A DNA stretch of 64,000 nt from Clostridia bacterium (GCA_050951325.1 JBMNIW010000012.1:128001-192000), one strand, 5' to 3'; shown: positions 20,746 to 31,725, numbered from the stretch's first letter. Made by a program: numbers and translations. Notes: a model not told the origin generated them from the letters alone.

Positions 20746-21645
20746 ATGGAGTTGTTTTTAAAAAGTTTTATGCATGAGCAGAATTTTCCAGAGGATGCCA
20801 GAGAGTGTTTTCTCAACCTGCACAACCGCATTGATAAAGACAAGGTTATACATGATTTGGTGTTTTTAACAGTCGATAGATTTTTTGAGAATGACATTTC
20901 TTTTAATGACCTCGACGAGTTCTTTAAGACATGCGCATTTCAGGCAGGTACTCATGAGTATACTCTTGCCATGCTGTTCTTTATGTACTGTACAAGAGTC
21001 CTTGAAAAGAAGTATTTACAAAGAGGCATTGATAGAAAAATATATGTTGATACAATGAATGACTTAAAGTGCAAGCTGATGGAATGTAGGGAGGTTTACG
21101 GTATTAACGGTACTTTTGTTGCCCATTGGTATCCACAGTTTTTTACGCTTGAGAGGTTTGCTCTTGGTAGGCTCCAGTATGAAAAGATTCCTTTCCCCAA
21201 GGAAGATTACTCAAAGAACGGATACACCGTGCGCAAGGGAAGCATTGTCTACAACTGCCACATTCCTTCATCTGGCTCTTTGACTGAGGAGATGTGTTTT
21301 GAGTCTTACAAAAAGGCATATGAGTTTTACAAAGACGAGCTTGGAGACAATCCCATGGTAATTGTTTGTCACTCATGGCTTCTCTACCCTGAAAATGTAG
21401 ACTTTTTCCCAAAGCATTCTAATATTCTAAAGTTTATGAGCCATTTTGACATTATTTCCTATGATACTCACGATTCCTTCAGCGAAGCATGGAGGGTTTT
21501 TGGCAAGAACGGTCTGCTTCCGCCTAGTGAGTGGAAAACTGAAACATCCTTGCAAAGAGCTTTCAAAAAACATGTACTGAGCAACGGCAGGACCGGCAAC
21601 GGATATGGTGTCTTGATATTTGATGGTGAAAATATTGTTAATTGA
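20746..21645 (+). CDS. GNAT-like acyltransferase domain protein (DUF5596-like)
   Basis: LGRLQYE, HIPSSG, CHSWLL, WRVFG and TSLQR motifs; RBS AAAGGAG favours the MELFLK start over 20677. Confidence 0.7.
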   Translation: MELFLKSFMHEQNFPEDARECFLNLHNRIDKDKVIHDLVFLTVDRFFENDISFNDLDEFFKTCAFQAGTHEYTLAMLFFMYCTRVLEKKYLQRGIDRKIYVDTMNDLKCKLMECREVYGINGTFVAHWYPQFFTLERFALGRLQYEKIPFPKEDYSKNGYTVRKGSIVYNCHIPSSGSLTEEMCFESYKKAYEFYKDELGDNPMVIVCHSWLLYPENVDFFPKHSNILKFMSHFDIISYDTHDSFSEAWRVFGKNGLLPPSEWKTETSLQRAFKKHVLSNGRTGNGYGVLIFDGENIVN

Positions 21646-21651
21646 ACGGTC

Positions 21652-21680
21652 TTGAATTAACTTGAATCTATTGGTATAAT
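21652..21680 (+). promoter_or_regulatory. Sigma-A promoter of the T-box leader
   Basis: TTGAAT-17 nt-TATAAT with extended TG. Confidence 0.75.
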
Positions 21681-21699
21681 TGTTGAAAATATAATAGGG

Positions 21700-21983
21700 A
21701 AATGCGATGACTGGAAACAAGTAGGTATGTTCTTTCCTTTAAGAGAGCTGTCGGTTGGTGCAAGTCAGTAGGAAAACATAGCCGAATACATTCCAAGAGC
21801 AGTGTACTGAACAGCTTTATGGCTTAGTAGGCTACAACGCGAGCACGCGTTACAGTGCTAGAGCAATTTATGCTCGCTGAGGTTGGTTTTCGTGAGAAAG
21901 TCAACGAATTGAGGTGGTACCACGGTTAATTCCGTCCTCTGACTATTGCATTTAATTATTGCAAAGCCGGAGGACGTTTTTTA
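21700..21983 (+). promoter_or_regulatory. T-box riboswitch, tyrosine specifier (UAC)
   Basis: GCGATGA kink, AGTA, AGAGAG AG-box, GGTGCAA apical loop. Specifier GAA-TAC-A at 21787-21789, closed by TGGAA/TTCCA. T-box AATTGAGGTGGTACCACGG at 21907-21925. Terminator CGTCCTC...GAGGACG-T6. Confidence 0.9.
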
Positions 21984-22020
21984 GTTCCTCCGCTAGATAT
22001 AATCAGAAAGGTGGATTCTA

Positions 22021-23661
22021 ATGATAATTACTGATTTCCTTGAAAGAAACGCCAAACTTTACCCTGACAAGATTAGTCTTGTGGAGATTAATCCCGAAAA
22101 TGAACCTGATCGTGCGATTACATGGCGAGAGTACAATTTGATTGAAACTACTTCCAGCGAAAAGTACAGAAGAGAAATGACATGGAAGGAGTTTGACGTG
22201 AAGGCAAACCGTTTTGCAAATCTCCTTCTTACAAGAGGTATTCAGAAAGGCGATAAAGTTGCAATTCTGCTTATGAATTGTATTGACTGGCTCCCTATTT
22301 ACTTCGGAATTCTTAAAACAGGAGCTTTGGCCGTTCCTTTAAACTACAGATATACTGCAGAGGAAATCCAATACTGTCTGGAACTGGCTGATGTAAAAGC
22401 GCTTATCTTTGGCCCAGAGTTTATCGGTCGCCTGGAGCAGGTTTTTGACCATCTCAAGAATGTTAAGACCATGTTTTACGTAGGGGACAATACCCCCACA
22501 TTTGCTGACAGCTTTAACAAATATGTTACTTACTGCTCATCTACTGCTCCTGCAGTTGAGCTGCTCGAAGATGACGATGCTGCCATATACTTTTCATCCG
22601 GAACCACCGGTTTCCCAAAAGCAATCCTTCACAGCCACAGGGCTCTGGTTTCTGCATGCGTTACAGAGCAGAGTCACCACATGCAAACTCACAATGATGT
22701 GTTTTTGTGCATTCCTCCCTTGTATCATACCGGTGCAAAGATGCATTGGTTTGGCAGCCTTATGACAGGAAGCAAGGCAGTACTTCTTAAGGGTGTAAAA
22801 CCGGAATGGATACTGCAAGCCGTTTCCGACGAGAAGGTAACTATCGTTTGGCTTCTAGTGCCTTGGGCACAGGATATTCTGGACGCCATTGAAAGAGGGG
22901 ATGTCTGTCTAGATGAGTACAGACTCGCCCAGTGGAGGTTGATGCATATAGGGGCACAGCCTGTTCCTCCAAGTCTGATTAAACGCTGGCTGAAGTATTT
23001 TCCAAACCATCAATATGATACGAATTATGGTCTGAGCGAATCTATCGGACCCGGTTGCGTGCATTTAGGTGTCGAGAACATACATAAGGTGGGAGCTATA
23101 GGAAAGGCAGGACATGGCTGGGAAACTGCTATTGTGGATGAGCATGGCAGGCCAGTTGCACAGGGAGAAGTCGGTGAGCTTATAGTAAAAGGACCTGGCT
23201 TAATGAAATGCTATTACAAAAATCCCGAAGCAACAAGCAAGATTCTCAAGGACGGATGGCTCTACACAGGAGATATGGCCATGCAGGACGAGGATGGGTT
23301 TATATACCTCGTGGACAGGAAGAAAGACGTTATAATCTCAGGTGGCGAGAACATCTATCCTGTGCAGATTGAGGATTTTCTCCGACAACATCCTGCTATA
23401 AAGGACGCAGCGGTTATTGGGCTGCCTGACAAACGACTTGGTGAAATTGCAGCCGCTATAATAGAGTTGAAGGAAGGGCATGCATGCACCGAGCAAGAAA
23501 TAGATGAATTTTGTCTTGAACTGCCCCGTTACAAAAGACCTCGCAAGATTATTTTTGATACTGTACCCAGGAACCCAACAGGAAAGATTGAAAAACCTGC
23601 TTTAAGAAAGAAATACTGTGTGGAACGCATTGTTGAAAAGCAGATTAAAAACGGGATATAG
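22021..23661 (+). CDS. AMP-forming acyl-CoA ligase (class I adenylate-forming enzyme)
   Basis: YFSSGTTGFPKA, NYGLSE, TGD, DRKKDVIISGGENIYP, PRNPTGKI. Confidence 0.92.
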   Translation: MIITDFLERNAKLYPDKISLVEINPENEPDRAITWREYNLIETTSSEKYRREMTWKEFDVKANRFANLLLTRGIQKGDKVAILLMNCIDWLPIYFGILKTGALAVPLNYRYTAEEIQYCLELADVKALIFGPEFIGRLEQVFDHLKNVKTMFYVGDNTPTFADSFNKYVTYCSSTAPAVELLEDDDAAIYFSSGTTGFPKAILHSHRALVSACVTEQSHHMQTHNDVFLCIPPLYHTGAKMHWFGSLMTGSKAVLLKGVKPEWILQAVSDEKVTIVWLLVPWAQDILDAIERGDVCLDEYRLAQWRLMHIGAQPVPPSLIKRWLKYFPNHQYDTNYGLSESIGPGCVHLGVENIHKVGAIGKAGHGWETAIVDEHGRPVAQGEVGELIVKGPGLMKCYYKNPEATSKILKDGWLYTGDMAMQDEDGFIYLVDRKKDVIISGGENIYPVQIEDFLRQHPAIKDAAVIGLPDKRLGEIAAAIIELKEGHACTEQEIDEFCLELPRYKRPRKIIFDTVPRNPTGKIEKPALRKKYCVERIVEKQIKNGI

Positions 23662-23668
23662 GTATACT

Positions 23669-23701
23669 AAAACCCCTAAGTTTTTGATTTAGGGGTTTTT
23701 T
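23669..23701. terminator. Bidirectional intrinsic terminator
   Basis: AAAACCCCTAA...TTAGGGGTTTT between convergent genes. Confidence 0.8.
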
Positions 23702-23728
23702 GTATTATATGTTTTTAATGATTAATAG

Positions 23729-24154
23729 TTAGTTTTGATTTTCTGTTTCCTCATCCTTTGGTACAATCTTGTCTATGAATGAGGCTTTCAGCTCTTTTCC
23801 GCCTATTGCATTTACCGCCAGTATGATATAAACAACTAGGAACGCAAGAGCAACAATACCGTTTAGAATGGTTGCAAAAGTACCCATTAAAACTGTCAAA
23901 CGCAAAGCTTTTGCTAATGTAAACAAGCCTGCCAACCCTCCAAAAAAGCCTGATATCAGTGCATTTATGAGATATTTGACAACCACCAATGCAACAGTTG
24001 TAACAGTGTACCTGGTTAGCCATGTGTTCTTCTCTGCTAGAACAGCATAAGCGCAAATAAGCAGAACTGCAACAGGTTGGCCCAAAGCTGCAAATGCAAG
24101 GCATAACACTGCAACAGCAGTCAGACTAATGCCAAAATTTCCTTTCTTCATCAT
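23729..24154 (-). CDS. Hypothetical membrane protein
   Basis: 141 aa, 3-4 hydrophobic segments, RBS AAGGAG. Confidence 0.7.
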   Translation of the reverse strand: MMKKGNFGISLTAVAVLCLAFAALGQPVAVLLICAYAVLAEKNTWLTRYTVTTVALVVVKYLINALISGFFGGLAGLFTLAKALRLTVLMGTFATILNGIVALAFLVVYIILAVNAIGGKELKASFIDKIVPKDEETENQN

Positions 24155-24282
24155 AGCTCATCTCCTTGTTAATTATAATTTGTCGTCCTTACATATTTTC
24201 AAGTATATAGATGCTCGAAAATAAAGCATGATATTTATTTTAATATATTGGTAAGTGTAAATCAAGGTTTTTCATGCCTTCT

Positions 24283-25569
24283 TTATGGTAAAAATATGTT
24301 TTTTGCATCTCCCACAAGATAAAGGGAACCAAAAATACAAACAATATCATCCTTTGACAATTGCCTGTACGAATAATCAATCGCATCTTCAAGAGTTGCA
24401 AAAGTCCTGCTTGCTATGCCATATTCATTTAAAACTGATTTCAATATATCTATATTTTCAGCCCGGTAGTATTGCATCTCTATCAAATATACCTCTTTTG
24501 CATTGTGTTTTATCTCTTGTATCATGGCCTTGTAGTTCTTGTCCTTCATTACGCCAAAAATATATGTTATCTTCTTATCCCTGAAGGTATCTCTTAAAAA
24601 ACCCGACAACGCCATTACTCCGTCCACATTGTGTGCGCCGTCAATTATCGTTATTGGCTCTGTATTCACCACCTCAAGCCTGCAAGGCCATTTTGCCCTT
24701 TCAAGCCCTTTATATATTGCTTCTTTAGTAATATCAAAACCCAGTTTGCCAAGGGCGGATACTGCCTCTACTGCAGTTGCCGCATTTTCAGTTTGATGGT
24801 TTCCAAGAAGAGTAATCTTTAATTCTTTCAAATTCTTGTAATCAAATATCTGGGAGCTTGCACTCCTCTCTTTTGTGACAATCGCGCTCTTGTCAACAAG
24901 AATAGGTTCAACTCCCTGATTTTCAGCATGCTTCTCAAGCACGCTCAATGCATCAATATATTTTTGCGGCGCAATAACACACATGCTGCTTTTCTTTATA
25001 ATGCATGCTTTCTCAAAAGCTATCCTTTCTATCGTATCTCCGAGTACTTTTGTATGATCAAAACCGATCATCGTGATTACAGTCAACAATGGGTTTTGTA
25101 TTACATTCGTAGCATCAAACCTTCCACCAAGACCGGTTTCCAACACTGCAATGTCACAATCATTTTTGTTAAAGTGCAGAAAGGCTACGCATGTCATTAT
25201 TTCAAACATGGTAAGGCTGTTTTTCAGTTCTTTGTGTCCGGTTATTGCTTTTTTAATCTCTGCAACGCATGATGTAAACTCATTATCATCGATATCTTGA
25301 CCATCAATTGAAAACCTCTCATTAATTCTCATAAGATGCGGAGAGACAAATTTGCCAACCTTCAATCCGGATGTTGTAAGTATTTCAGCTATGAAACTCA
25401 CAACAGAACCTTTTCCATTTGTTCCTGCTATGTGTATATGTTTTACTTTCTCATGAGGATTGCCAAGCAAACCGAGCAGTGTTTTCATGTTTTCCAGACT
25501 CATGCTGCTTTTGTTTGCTGCAAAACTCTCACAATAGGAAAGTGCCTTAAAGTAGTCCATTAAATGCAT
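24283..25569 (-). CDS. folC: Folylpolyglutamate synthase / dihydrofolate synthase
   Basis: HIAGTNGKGS, SPHL, ETGLGGRFDATN, DGAHN, FGSLY. Confidence 0.95.
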   Translation of the reverse strand: MHLMDYFKALSYCESFAANKSSMSLENMKTLLGLLGNPHEKVKHIHIAGTNGKGSVVSFIAEILTTSGLKVGKFVSPHLMRINERFSIDGQDIDDNEFTSCVAEIKKAITGHKELKNSLTMFEIMTCVAFLHFNKNDCDIAVLETGLGGRFDATNVIQNPLLTVITMIGFDHTKVLGDTIERIAFEKACIIKKSSMCVIAPQKYIDALSVLEKHAENQGVEPILVDKSAIVTKERSASSQIFDYKNLKELKITLLGNHQTENAATAVEAVSALGKLGFDITKEAIYKGLERAKWPCRLEVVNTEPITIIDGAHNVDGVMALSGFLRDTFRDKKITYIFGVMKDKNYKAMIQEIKHNAKEVYLIEMQYYRAENIDILKSVLNEYGIASRTFATLEDAIDYSYRQLSKDDIVCIFGSLYLVGDAKNIFLP

Positions 25570-25711
25570 CCTCCAAGCATACCTGGTAATGTTTAATATT
25601 TAGGTTCAATATGTGAGTATAGCACAACACCCCTTTTGCAGCAAGAAGTCAGCCCCTGCATAACGCAAGGGCTGGATTGGAGGTATCGGTACATTTTATG
25701 GAATGCATTTT

Positions 25712-27280
25712 TTATTTGCATTTTCTTTTACATTTATCGGGAGGTAAAACATCCAAGGCTCTCATCATGTCATAGTCTTCATGCTCCAGTATGTGACAAT
25801 GGTATACATATCTGCCGGTATACGGAGCAAATTTCATTATCAATCTTGTTATGAATCCAGGGGGAGTAGCAATTGTGTCCTTCCAACCTGCTTCCTGAGG
25901 CTCGGGAGGCACGGGGCTTCCTGTAAACCTTATCTGTCCATTTCTGTTGTACGCATCCACATCAAAGGGTATGCGGTCAAGCACCTGGAATTGAATAAGG
26001 TGGATGTGAATGGGGTGGACTGCAGGTCCTGCGTTGAATATTCTCCATATTTCCACTTCATCAAGGATTGGAGTTTCCGTTATCCTGTCAATAAACCCTC
26101 TGTTGCTGAGCAGGAATTTAAGGCGGCCATATTTGTCAAATGATGCATCGAGTGATATATCTCGGACTACCTTCGCATCGCACTCCTTATACTTTTCTAT
26201 ATAGCTTAGGAATGGTGGGATAATGGTATCGTCATCACTCGTCCTTCTTACCACCCTGAACTCCATTACCAGGCCTGTTGTGTTAGGATCAGGGGGAGCA
26301 CCAAAATCGAAAGGAGTTCTAGCGGTGTTCCTCAGTACAATTTTTTTACCAGCTTCAATTCGCGAGAAGTCCATAATAACGTCGGCTCTTTCCGATGGGC
26401 CTATAACCAACTCATTTATTCTTACAGGTGTCTGCAAGAGTCCTCCATCGGAACCTATTTGGATAAATGGAATGTTTTCATCAAGGAGCAGTCTGTAAAA
26501 TCTTTGGTTGGATGCATTTAGAATCCTGAACCTGTATTTCTTCTGTTCCACTTCCAGATGCGGCCATACCTTTCCATTTACCGTTATGAAGTCTCCTGAA
26601 AACCCTGGAACAACCGATGGGTTTGGAAAATCAGGCGGAGGATCTTCAAGGGGTGTTGATGGATAAAACATTGTTCCGTCTTCATTGAAGGATCTGTCCT
26701 GAATAACCAGAGGAATTTCATATGTTCCCGCTGGCAGGCCCAATGCCTCTTCCTGCTCGTCACGAATAATATACAATCCTGCAAGGCCAGCATAAACATT
26801 TAATCTTGTAATTCCAATTGCATGGTCGTGATACCACAACGTGGTGGCTCTTTGATTGTTTGGATATGTATATGTTGTCTGTTTGAAGCATGGTCCTATC
26901 TGCTCACAATCGTTTGTGTACCAGGCTTCCGGATACCCATCACTGTCCGCTTCCACTTCTGCACCATGTAGATGCACCACTGTTCTGACTTCAGGCATGC
27001 CGTCATGGCAAGCATGCAGCGTATGGTCTATGGGCAGAAAGTGTTTATCAGGAAGTTTGTTAATCCAGTTTACTACTACAGTCTCACCTCTTCTTGCTTC
27101 TATTGTGGGACCAGGCACTTCGCCTTCATATCCCCAAGCGGGGGTTGGCGGAAGCTCGGAGTGAAACTGATGCACGGTAGGTTTCATAACAACCTCGTAA
27201 TATGTTGTGCCGCATTCTCTTTTTACTGGTTGCAATACTCTTGGAGTTGGCAGTGGATCTACAAATGGGGTTAAGGTCAA
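25712..27280 (-). CDS. cotA: Multicopper oxidase, CotA-type spore-coat laccase
   Basis: All four copper motifs: VHLHG, WYHDH, HPIHIH, HCHILEHEDYDM. Starts LTPFVDPLP with no signal peptide. Confidence 0.88.
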   Translation of the reverse strand: MTLTPFVDPLPTPRVLQPVKRECGTTYYEVVMKPTVHQFHSELPPTPAWGYEGEVPGPTIEARRGETVVVNWINKLPDKHFLPIDHTLHACHDGMPEVRTVVHLHGAEVEADSDGYPEAWYTNDCEQIGPCFKQTTYTYPNNQRATTLWYHDHAIGITRLNVYAGLAGLYIIRDEQEEALGLPAGTYEIPLVIQDRSFNEDGTMFYPSTPLEDPPPDFPNPSVVPGFSGDFITVNGKVWPHLEVEQKKYRFRILNASNQRFYRLLLDENIPFIQIGSDGGLLQTPVRINELVIGPSERADVIMDFSRIEAGKKIVLRNTARTPFDFGAPPDPNTTGLVMEFRVVRRTSDDDTIIPPFLSYIEKYKECDAKVVRDISLDASFDKYGRLKFLLSNRGFIDRITETPILDEVEIWRIFNAGPAVHPIHIHLIQFQVLDRIPFDVDAYNRNGQIRFTGSPVPPEPQEAGWKDTIATPPGFITRLIMKFAPYTGRYVYHCHILEHEDYDMMRALDVLPPDKCKRKCK

Positions 27281-27521
27281 TACTATCAGCCTCCTATAAG
27301 CCTTTGCTATATGATATTAAGGATGATACTAATAAGTGCATATTTTTTCTTTGATTGCCTGGACCTTTTGGCTACGGACCAAACGGTTGTAAGCAAATGG
27401 TTGTTAATTGTTCTATTGGTTGCTCGGTACATTTTGGTATATAGGCTTTGTGATTTAATCACTTTATTTTTTTGTAATTGGTGGTACAATACTGTATCTT
27501 ATTTTTTTGGGAGTGGTTTTT

Positions 27522-28142
27522 ATGGGATCAGGCAAGAAAACATTATTTAAAACAATATTTGCGATAGTTATATTCGGTGTGTTCATAACCACCGCATACT
27601 TTGCGTATGGCTTCCTCTCGGAACGGTTTGGTCCTAAACCATTTTCATTACAACAAAACGGGGAAACAAACCATAAGACAAGCCCCGCTCCATCCGGAGC
27701 AGAAGACATTGAAGATGAGGATAGAATGAAGGCTCCTGATTTTTATGTTTACAACGACAAGGGCGAGAAGGTAGACTTTTCTGATTTTATAGGGAAACCG
27801 GTAATAATCAACTTTTGGACAACATGGTGTCCATACTGTGTTGATGAAATGGCTGATTTCAATGAAGCTTACATGAAGTACAAGGATGATGTGCATTTCC
27901 TTATGGTCAATCAGACCGACGGTGTCCGCGAGACCAAAAAAGCTGCAGAAGATTTTGTTGAGAAGGAAGGTTTTAAATTTCCGATATATTTTGATTTGGA
28001 TTTTAGCGCCTCCTATGTATATGGGATTCAGTACCTTCCGACAACGGTCTTTGTTGACTCCGAAGGGTTCTTCCATACAGGATACGCAGGACCAATAAAC
28101 AAAAGCACTTTGGAAAAACATATTAATGAGCTACTAAATTGA
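27522..28142 (+). CDS. TlpA/ResA-like membrane-anchored thioredoxin
   Basis: N-terminal TM helix; APDF, INFWTTWCPYC, LPTT. Confidence 0.88.
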   Translation: MGSGKKTLFKTIFAIVIFGVFITTAYFAYGFLSERFGPKPFSLQQNGETNHKTSPAPSGAEDIEDEDRMKAPDFYVYNDKGEKVDFSDFIGKPVIINFWTTWCPYCVDEMADFNEAYMKYKDDVHFLMVNQTDGVRETKKAAEDFVEKEGFKFPIYFDLDFSASYVYGIQYLPTTVFVDSEGFFHTGYAGPINKSTLEKHINELLN

Positions 28143-28225
28143 CCAAAACCCCCATATAGGTATTCATAACAGCGGCGGTTATGAATACCTATATTATATA
28201 TAGACAACCATTATGGAGGCACATC

Positions 28226-28980
28226 ATGAGAATAGCGCTCATTAGAAAGAAAACTGTCAAAAGACTTCTCGTTTTTCTAGCTTTGCTAATTCTCTTTTCC
28301 ACTTTTGGTTATTTGTACTTAATCGGCATACTTCAACTAAACAATCCAAGCAAGAAAAAGTACCCAGTAAGAGGCGTGGATGTCTCTCATTATCAAGGCG
28401 ATATAGATTGGGATACTCTGGCCAATCAGGGTATTGATTTTGCGTTTATTAAGGCTACAGAAGGAAGCTCCCATGTGGATAAAAACTTTGCGATAAACTG
28501 GGAAAAGGCAAGTCAGGCCGATATTGTTATTGGAGCGTATCATTTTTTCAGCTTTGAAAGCAGTGGTCTTACACAGGCAGAAAATTTTATAAAGACTGTG
28601 CCAAGTGTACAAGGCACATTGCCTCCTGCAGTGGATGTGGAGTTTTATGGAGCATTCTCAAAGAATCCGCCTGATGCAGCTACTGTTAGGCTGGAACTTG
28701 AAAAGTTTATCAATGCCGTTGAGGCGCATTATGGCAAAAAGGTGGTTATTTATACAACCCAGACTGTCTACAGCCTTTACATAGAAAACTATTTTCACGA
28801 CAACCCATTATGGATAAGGAACGTATACTCCCGCCCGACCTTGTCCGACGACAGGGAATGGACGTTTTGGCAGTATTCCGACCGCGGACGGCTGAACGGA
28901 TACGACGGGGTGGAGACGGTTTATTGATTTGAACGTCTTCAACGGCTACCCGTGAAGAGTTTGCATACTTCTGCAGATAG
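28226..28980 (+). CDS. GH25 muramidase; C-terminus frameshifted
   Basis: GVDVSHYQG, IKATEG, GAYHFF, DVE, FWQYS; the IDLNVF tail is in another frame after 28920. Confidence 0.88.
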
Positions 28981-28997
28981 TGCGAGCGTGACAATCG

Positions 28998-29036
28998 CAA
29001 AGCATCTCCGTAAGAAAGGTGTACGGAGATGCTTTG
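28998..29036. terminator. Strong hairpin between convergent units
   Basis: CAAAGCATCTCCGTA...TACGGAGATGCTTTG, 15-bp stem. Confidence 0.75.
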
Positions 29037-29074
29037 TCGTTGTGTCTTGGTGCTCGTTTGCTGCACGGTGCAAT

Positions 29075-29247
29075 TAATTATATATATCCAGCCATGATAC
29101 AGAAAGACTTGTACGACAATTATGGCTACGTTGATTATAAATGTACCGAGTGCAGCCATTTTGTTTTTGTTCTTCCAGTTATGAATTGCAAAGGTTACTA
29201 GGTGGTAGTGCAAGAGAAACAAGCAGTATGATGAAAATATATTTCAT
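29075..29247 (-). CDS. Small hydrophobic protein ending the ger operon (frameshifted; 3' end approximate)
   Basis: ATG at 29247 after GAGGTG: MKYIFIILLVS, continuing LVTFAIHNWKNKNKMAALGTFIINVAIIVV in another frame. Confidence 0.5.
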
Positions 29248-29248
29248 A

Positions 29249-30632
29249 TCAAGCCACCTCTTTAGGTTGTCCGTCTGGACTTATTATCTTGTTGCTCTTC
29301 AGCATGGTTCCAGTTCTACGGATTATGACTGACAAATCAACAATTATGGTTGCTTCTTTGAATTTTTCGTTCCAGTTATATTCCTCAAGCTCTTGAATGG
29401 TCAAAAACTGCCTTGAGGCATATTCTCCAAATTTGAAAGGATCGACCCCTAAATCCCTACACTTAACAATTAATTTTTCAACCTCATCCAGCATCATGTT
29501 TGTGCATGCTTCTTCAAGAACTCTCTTGTTGGCAGGATTCTCGTAGTACACATGACTCTGTATCGCCAGGATGTCTGCATCCAGCTTTATAGCCAACATT
29601 TACAACCGGTTTTCCATCCTTGATACTTAACTTTTACCTTTGGTTTTTCTCTGACGGTTACATCAAGAGGAATTGCATAGTCTGGGTTTGCAGGATCCTC
29701 AAGATTAACAAAAGATCTTTCAAACTCGCCTCTTAGTATTAACAACACTCGAGTTTCCCGACCGTTTAGTTCTCCAACCATTATATCTCCATCGAAAACA
29801 GCAACACCCCATATTTCGAGCTGATTGAGGCCCAATCTCGGCAATTCTCCTGACATGTACTCTCCTCCAGACTTCAATTTTCCCTTATACGGCTCAGCAT
29901 CTTCAACAAAACTTTTCATCTCATTAAGAGAGATTATTGCTGTAATCGGAAATCTTCTGTTTGACTTCAGGCTGTTATAGATAATCGTTAAGGGTTGAAT
30001 GAGGGAAAAAGCCCGTTCTCTCGCTTTCTCTTGTCCATATCAAGTGGTCTTTAGCCAGTGCGGAACCTATGATAGGTGTGTTTGCCTTTATAATGTCCAT
30101 GGCTTTGTTTTTTGTTATATAGACATGAACAGTCTCGCGTATTTCCCTAAATCTCATTATTGGAGCCAAGAAAAGATGCCAATTCATCACATGTGGCCAG
30201 CTCGTGCGAGAACACTATGAACTGCAGGTGCATAAAACTTATTTTTCTTGAAATGCTTGTGTTAAGCATATCTATACCTGCAAAGAAGGAAGGGGCATCT
30301 ATAGATACATATGATATGCTCCCCTGATCTTCCACTCTGTCTTTTGGTGTTTCTTCCTGCTCACCTTGCTGTTCCTGTCCTTCGTCCGATGAACTTGCGG
30401 AACTGCTGGAACCTCCACCTTGGGACTGAGGGGAACTTTCCTTCATGTTCTCATACTGGAGTGTGATTCTCCACTTGTCAGCAACACCTCTATCCACCCC
30501 AACACAGACAATATATATCATGTCATCGACTTCATTTGCATCAAAACATGAAGTCAGAACAATTAATAGCATTAATGCAATAATTGTGATAACAAGACTA
30601 TGTTTGAGCCTTTGCTTCAGATTTCGTTTCAT
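29249..30632 (-). CDS. gerKC: Germinant receptor C subunit, Ger(x)C lipoprotein, in four frame fragments
   Basis: Lipobox LTSC, GVAVFDGDIMVGEL, GVDPFKFG, IIRRTG; ORFs 30147..30632, 29975..30190, 29587..29919 and 29249..29599. Confidence 0.85.
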
Positions 30633-30635
30633 TGC

Positions 30636-31725
30636 CTATCCCCCTTTTTCCGTCTGATTGCCGCAACTATCAACGCAAGCAGCGGAATGATGAAATATGG
30701 TATGAAACCAAAGTTTCTTATGAAGCCTACATTTCCTGTTACGACGGATATGATGTCTATTCTGCAGTAGTGATATAAGGAACAGGATGACACAGCCTGC
30801 CAGAATTACGGGTCTTTTATCATTTATGTCTGAATACTTTGCAGTACAGCCATATGGATGTGTAAAACAAAAGCGATACACCTATCAGAGACCCGATTAT
30901 CCATATAAACAGAAAGATTGACTCAATTCTTGTAAAGAACCTGCCAAACTGTATTAGTGTGGTAAGGTTGTACATCGGAGCTACCATCTCCTGCAGCCTA
31001 TAATACGGGTAGCACATCGTAAAAGTAAAAAGTATCAGCGATATCACAATAGTTGATATCAGCAAACTAAAGTATCCCTCATGCTTGATAAATTTGGTGC
31101 CCTGCAGATTTCTAGCATATACAGCGAGCAGTATCACTTCTCCATAGGCTGAGCATCGAATTACTCCGTGCAATATGGTTTTATCCAATCCGTATCCAAG
31201 AATAGGAAACATGTTGTTGATGTTGTAATTGCTCCAGGCCAGTATCAGAATAACCAACAAGCCTGGTATCACAAACACAATTAATAGTTTTGATACCCTT
31301 GCCAGGCTCTCAAGACCCAGGTAGCTTATGATGAACAGGCTGATTACGAACAAACCGGAAAGGTACCAGTTCGGACTGAGAGTGAATACATACACCCTCA
31401 TTGTCTGATAAAACTCACACAAATTGGTCTCAGCAACAAAGAACAGGTACAAAGAGAACAGGAAAGTCACGATAGCTCCTATGACTTTTCCAAAACTCTC
31501 TTTGTATATGTCAACCAAGTCCATGCCAGGAAATCTCTTTATGAGTCTGTATATGAAAGTAAAACCCAGCATTGCAGTCAGTCCTGAAATTATGGTTGCA
31601 TACCATCCCGCTGTACCAACACGGATAAACAAGCCCACCGGACTTGAGAAGAACACTTTTATAACTATTGTTGTGGTTATTAGAATTATTGCTTCTGACG
31701 GTCCAAAATTGCCTTCTTTTATCAA
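30636..31725 (-). CDS. gerKB: Germinant receptor B subunit (APC-type permease); frameshift near 30830
   Basis: Polytopic; GLESLAR, MFPILGYG, FFTRIESIF. Confidence 0.88.

Noticed and set aside
29019-29201. Small Zn-finger ORF (CTEC)
   Set aside because: It starts inside a terminator hairpin and is antisense to the more plausible small ger-operon gene.
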